A stretch of DNA of 48,812 bases from Dermatophilaceae bacterium (lineage in GTDB: Bacteria > Actinomycetota > Actinomycetes > Actinomycetales > Dermatophilaceae), in contig DAIPGK010000001.1 in NCBI GenBank assembly GCA_036771895.1, positions 1 to 48,812 of the forward strand. Direction: 5' to 3'. Shown here one piece after another: positions 44,728 to 48,812 of the stretch (position 1 is the first letter of the stretch; the number at the start of each line of letters is the position of its first letter). Below the pieces are notes generated by a model. It was not told the origin of the DNA and did not search any database. It was given only the letters and a program-made list of their open reading frames with translations. The position numbers and the translations under genes are program-made.

Positions 44728-44778
44728 GGCGAGCCGAACAAGCACTCATTGAGGCGAGCCGAACAAGCACTCACTGAG
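44679..44778. repeat. 25-bp tandem repeat, 4 copies (GCGAGCCGAACAAGCACTCACTGAG)
   Basis: Copies at 44679, 44704, 44729 (1 mismatch) and 44754. The unit carries TGA, and the ORF ends in copy 2. Confidence 0.95.
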
Positions 44779-44783
44779 GCGCG

Positions 44784-45290
44784 CTAAGCGGGTCCCGCCC
44801 GTCTGGTCGGCTCAGCCATCAAGATCGATCCCGGACAGGACACCTGCCGGTATGCCGCCAGCCGTTCGCCCTGCTCCCTGATCGCGCTGCTGAAGTCGAC
44901 GCCTTGGTCCAAAGCTCGACGTGGACCCTGAAGTTCTTGCCGGACTTACCCGGCCGCCACATGCCGGCGATCTCGCCGTCAAGAAGGACGGCACCGGGTC
45001 GGCCGAGCACGGGCCACAGCGCCTTCGCCCGAGCCGGGTCTTCGACCAGCAGCGACCGGTCTCTCGCCTGCAGGAACAAGTCGAACGGCCGCGGATCGTC
45101 CAGACCATGACCAGCTCGTTCCCGGACAGCCCGGACACGTCGACACCGCGGTTCGACAGCGCCCACCTCGCGCCGTCCGGACCCGTGTCCTGCACCCCGA
45201 TGTCCAGGACGGTTGTGTCGGTCAACGTGACGACCCCCGGTCCAGCTGCTGAGCTCGCACCCGGAAAATGAGGAGCCGCGAACGCGTGAC
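44784..45290 (-). pseudogene. N-terminally truncated, multiply frameshifted YcaQ/AlkZ-like winged-helix (crosslink-repair glycosylase family) remnant
   Basis: Family-like segments lie in three different minus-strand frames. These are [21 protein letters not shown]...[26 protein letters not shown] (44819..45166 frame), then [20 protein letters not shown] in another frame, plus an upstream piece in the 44812..45525 frame. Confidence 0.6.
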
Positions 45291-45346
45291 CGAGGTGATC
45301 ATTGTCCCACGTTAAGGCCGCCCTGAGCTGCCGTGGGCTTCGGCTT

Positions 45347-45385
45347 GGCCCGGGTGTTGGCCGGGTGTTGGCCGGGTGTTGGCCG
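45347..45385. repeat. 11/12-bp tandem repeat, about 3.5 copies (GGCCGGGTGTT)
   Basis: Intergenic, upstream of the acyltransferase gene. Confidence 0.85.
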
Positions 45386-45448
45386 ATCGCCGTTCCACTG
45401 ATGTGAGTTGTGGGATTTTGGGTCGTGCATGGCTGTACGCTTCGGCGA

Positions 45449-47526
45449 ATGACCCTCACGCACCCGACCCCCATGGCCGGGGTCAGGGTGGACACGCGTA
45501 ACAGGGGTGGCCTTCGCGCCGACATCCAAGCTCTGCGCGCGATCGCGGTGGGCGCGGTGATGCTGTTTCACCTCTGGCCCAACCGGCTGACCGGTGGCTA
45601 TGTCGGCGTCGATGTGTTCTTCGCCATCAGCGGCTTTCTTATCACATCTCACCTGCTCGCCGAGATCGACGCAACCGGCCGCGTGAGGCCGGGCCGATTC
45701 TGGGCGCGCCGGGCAAAACGACTGGTGCCCGCGTCGACTCTGGTGCTGCTGCTGACGGCGCTGGGCGTCGTGACCTGGGTGCCGGAGTATCTCAGGCGCC
45801 AGTTCCTCGGCGAGATCATGGCCTCGACGGTCCAGGCGGAGAACTGGCTGCTTGCGCACAACATTGTGGACTACCTCGCCGACGGCAACACGCCGTCACC
45901 AACGCAGCATTTCTGGACGCTGTCGGCGGAGGAACAGTTCTATGTTGCGCTGCCGCTGCTACTGCTGGCAGTGATCGCGCTGAACCGTGTCCTGCGCCTG
46001 GGTTGCCGGCGCATGATCCTGGCCGGGCTCATGCTTGCGGTCGCCTGCTCGCTCGGCTACTCGATCTGGCTCACGGCCACGACGCCGGGGGTGGCGTACT
46101 TCTCCACGCTGACCAGAGCCTGGGAGTTCGGTGCCGGGGCACTACTCGCATTCGCCGGAGCCGGCCGGCGCCTGCACCGCACGTTGCCGTGGCTCGGTGC
46201 GGCGGGCATCGTTGCGGCATGCGCCTTCTACGATGCCAAGACCCCGTTCCCGGGTGTTGCGGCGGCGCTGCCGGTCGTGGGAGCGATGGTTGTGATCTGG
46301 TCGGGACGGGGCTCGACGTTCGATCGCTTCGGTGCGCTGCCGCCGGTCGCGCTGCTCGGACGCGTCTCCTACGCCGCCTACCTGTGGCACTGGCCACTGA
46401 TCGTGTTGCTGCCCTACGTCACGCACCGGTCGCTGGGCACGGTCGACAAAGTCGCGATCATCGCGGCCACGGTTTTGTTTGCGTGGCTGTCGACCACGTT
46501 CGTCGAGGACCCGATCCGGTTTCGGCCCCGACTGCTCGGCCAGCGGCGCCCGCTCGTGGTGGCGGCCTGGTCCGCGGCGGCGATGGCGCTCGTGGTCGTC
46601 TTTTCGGCCGCGGAGACGCATGGCCAGGTGGTCCGTGACAAGCAGCTCGCCCAGGAAGCGCATCAGATCGTTGCCGAGATGCCGGATTGTCTCGGCGCCC
46701 AAGCCATGGACCCTGCGCTCGCACCTTGTAATAACCCCGATCTACACGGTGTCCTCGTCCCTGACCCGGCCCAGGCCAAGAGTGACGATGACAACAAGCC
46801 CGACTGCTGGGGTATGCAATCTGCCGGCGCACCGAAGGTCTGCCAACTCGGACCCCGGACGGGGTACCGCAAGCGCATCTTCGCCGTCGGCGATTCGCAC
46901 AACAACACACTTATCGGCGTCTACCGCCGCATCGCCGAGCACAACAAATGGCGGATCGACGTCGCAGGCCACAGTGGCTGCTACCTCACCACGGCCCGCC
47001 AGTCGCAGCCTTCGGTCGAAGAGGAGAGAGACTGCACTTCCTGGCGCGGCGGGGTCACGACCATAGCCCGCGAGGAGGGTACGACGCGATCATCGTTACC
47101 CATGCGAACCGTGACCGACCGGTCATTCCAGCTCCAGGTGAGACCACCGAGCGGGCGACGGTGCGCGGTCTGGTCGAGGCGTGGCGCAAACTGCCGGACG
47201 TACCGATCGTGGCGATCCGCGACAACCCGTCGATGCCGGCCAGCCTCCCGGGTTGCGTAGCCGAACACCGGGAGAGGGCTGCACAGGTATGCGCAGTGTC
47301 ACGATCGAGGGGGCTCGCTAACTTCGATGGTCAGGGCGAGGGGGCGCGGCAAGTGCCCCGGGCACACCTGGTCGACATGACATCGTTCTACTGCACAGCC
47401 ACGCTGTGCTCGCCGGTAGTTGGCAACGTCCTCGTCTACCGGGATCTCGCCCACATCACCGCGACGTACGCGGCGACGCTGTCGCCGTACATAGAGCGAA
47501 AAGTCGTCGCCGCGATCACACGCTAG
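45449..47526 (+). pseudogene. acyltransferase-3 (OafA/YrhL) membrane domain + SGNH domain gene, interrupted by a 1-nt frameshift near 47078
   Basis: Frame of ORF 45410..47260 carries the AT3 domain (IQALRAIAVGAVMLFH, VDVFFAISGFLIT) up to ...CTSWRGGVTTIAREEG. The SGNH end (YDAIIVTHANRD...VYRDLAHITATYAATLSPYIERKV) continues in the frame of ORF 46948..47526. Start is ATG 45449 or nearby. Confidence 0.75.
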
Positions 47527-47533
47527 ACGGGTT

Positions 47534-48709
47534 CTAGTCAGGGAGGCCGGCGATGAGGCCCCAGGTGGCGAGTGCCCCCAACGTGCTGGTCCACTTGCCG
47601 TAGGCGGTGTAGTAGCCGACTGCCCAGGTTGTCTGTTCGTTGAGTGGGTACTCCTTGGCCGGCAGATCGCCGTTGATCGTGGGGTCCGACATGTTCCGCA
47701 CGGCCGCCCAGTGCGGCGGGCTGTCGAGCTCGGCGCAGGCCAGTCCCAGGGCTGCATCGCCCATCTCCACCGCCGCTCCCTCCTTGTCCAGCCGGTTGGC
47801 GCTGGTGCCGTACTCGAAGTAGTCGGTCGTCAGGATCGGGTGAAACTTCGGCATGTCCCGCCCGTCGAGACGGATCTGGGGTTGATTGCCAGGAGTGGTG
47901 ATCGGATCACCGCTGAAACGGAATCGCTTGGTGGGCGGTGCGAATGGCGGCTCGGCGATCTCTGATGACAGAGTGCGCATGAGCCGCTCGGCATCGGTCA
48001 GACGATCGGTGGGCAGCACCCAGTCACTGTGAAAGCTCTGACCGTTGAAGGGTTCGTTACGGAACTCGTTCTGGCAGCGGAACTTGGCTGCCCGGGAGAC
48101 GACCACGTCACCTAGGCCGAAGTTCTCATACACCGAACCGGCTGTTCCGATTGTCAGGACCAGTGTCGGCTTTGCCTCGGCAATGATCTGAAGAAAGAAG
48201 TCCTTGACCGGCAGAGTTGCCGTGCCGTCGCCCGTCTTCACGCCGTCCTGATTCAAGTGGAGCTCGGATTTCATGCACAGCACCCGTTTGGTTCCGACCT
48301 GGGTTGGCATGTAGCTGCCCAGCCGGCGCGCCTGGGCAGCCGGCGCGTGCGGACGGATCCTGGGCTGATACTTGTCGAAGTCTCGGGCGTACTTATGCCA
48401 TTTATCCGGGCTGACCTCTGGTGTCAGAACATGGGCAAGACCGGAGACTTCATCGACCGTCCACGTGATCACTACGACGTCTGCCTCCGGCAATGGATCG
48501 TCCTCGCCGGGGGCGGGAGAGATGGGAGCCGGGGTTGGTTGGAGCCCGTCGGGAAACGCGATGGTGTGGTCGTGACCCAGATCAATCAGAGTGCGCGCAG
48601 GGTCGATTGTCGCAGTTATCGGATCCAGGCCTCGCGCCAACAGATAGCGCGCGATCTCTTTGCGATCCGGATGAGTGATGGTGGTCGATGTCGTATGTGA
48701 ATCCGTCAT
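47534..48709 (-). CDS. nucleoside phosphorylase/nucleosidase-fold (PNP_UDP_1-like) protein with about 85-aa N-terminal extension
   Basis: ORF 47534..48748 (TTG), ATG 48709 preferred. VVVITWTVDEVSGL, LVLTIGTAGSV and AAVEMGDAALGLACAE resemble the beta-strand/Gly-rich/E-M-E motifs of MTA/SAH nucleosidase and PNP families. Confidence 0.6.
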   Translation of the reverse strand: MTDSHTTSTTITHPDRKEIARYLLARGLDPITATIDPARTLIDLGHDHTIAFPDGLQPTPAPISPAPGEDDPLPEADVVVITWTVDEVSGLAHVLTPEVSPDKWHKYARDFDKYQPRIRPHAPAAQARRLGSYMPTQVGTKRVLCMKSELHLNQDGVKTGDGTATLPVKDFFLQIIAEAKPTLVLTIGTAGSVYENFGLGDVVVSRAAKFRCQNEFRNEPFNGQSFHSDWVLPTDRLTDAERLMRTLSSEIAEPPFAPPTKRFRFSGDPITTPGNQPQIRLDGRDMPKFHPILTTDYFEYGTSANRLDKEGAAVEMGDAALGLACAELDSPPHWAAVRNMSDPTINGDLPAKEYPLNEQTTWAVGYYTAYGKWTSTLGALATWGLIAGLPD

Positions 48710-48812
48710 GGTGACCCCAATCGTTGAATGTGACCCCAATTTTGGCAACGCAAAGTCGGCTCTCCTGTCATAACTGTGGATGGCTTCCTGTGTGATATGG
48801 GAGGGTCAGGGT

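Noticed and set aside
7705-44778. Tandem repeat arrays as possible CRISPR arrays
   Set aside because: Units are head to tail with no unique spacers, the units are 11-27 bp, and no cas genes are present.
47060-47090. Programmed ribosomal frameshift in the acyltransferase gene
   Set aside because: There is no X-XXY-YYZ slippery site or obvious downstream stimulatory structure. A simple 1-nt deletion or sequencing error explains it better.

Overview
High-G+C actinobacterial chromosomal window with about 45 protein genes and no transposase, integrase, CRISPR array or rRNA. From the left: the 3-prime part of a tRNA-Leu, alkB with a decayed rubredoxin gene, and an HTH/nucleotidyltransferase toxin-antitoxin-like pair. 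Then come two GT4 glycosyltransferases, nitronate monooxygenase, an App1-like phosphatase, an MFS transporter, an Fpg/Nei glycosylase, an ORC/STAND-like ATPase with an overlapping partner ORF, and a DEAD-box helicase. Next are an enoyl-CoA hydratase-family hydrolase, an ECF sigma/Ogt operon, a glycerophosphodiesterase, an RsbW-like kinase and an envelope cluster (GT2, a GT-C membrane glycosyltransferase, a large membrane protein). A GDT1-family transporter, a GNAT, pheA, an SRPBCC protein, a lipid kinase, serS and a HAD hydrolase follow. The centrepiece is a 14.3-kb, 13-gene cobalamin operon on the minus strand (29589-43939). It sits behind a cobalamin riboswitch, and nearly every gene junction is a 4-nt start/stop overlap. 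The right end (44.3-48.8 kb) looks accessory: an orphan small ORF, a decayed YcaQ/AlkZ-like pseudogene, a frameshifted acyltransferase-3/SGNH gene, and a nucleoside-phosphorylase-fold protein in DNA that looks lower in G+C by eye. The most unusual signal is a very high density of short tandem repeats, at least 17 arrays. Those inside genes have unit lengths divisible by 3 and cluster at gene junctions, termini and linkers. Those with 11-, 13- or 25-bp units sit at or beyond stop codons. A roughly 85-nt imperfect-palindrome element also occurs twice, each time just 3-prime of a co-oriented gene. I found no convincing complete novel multi-gene system; the candidates are flagged with their limits.
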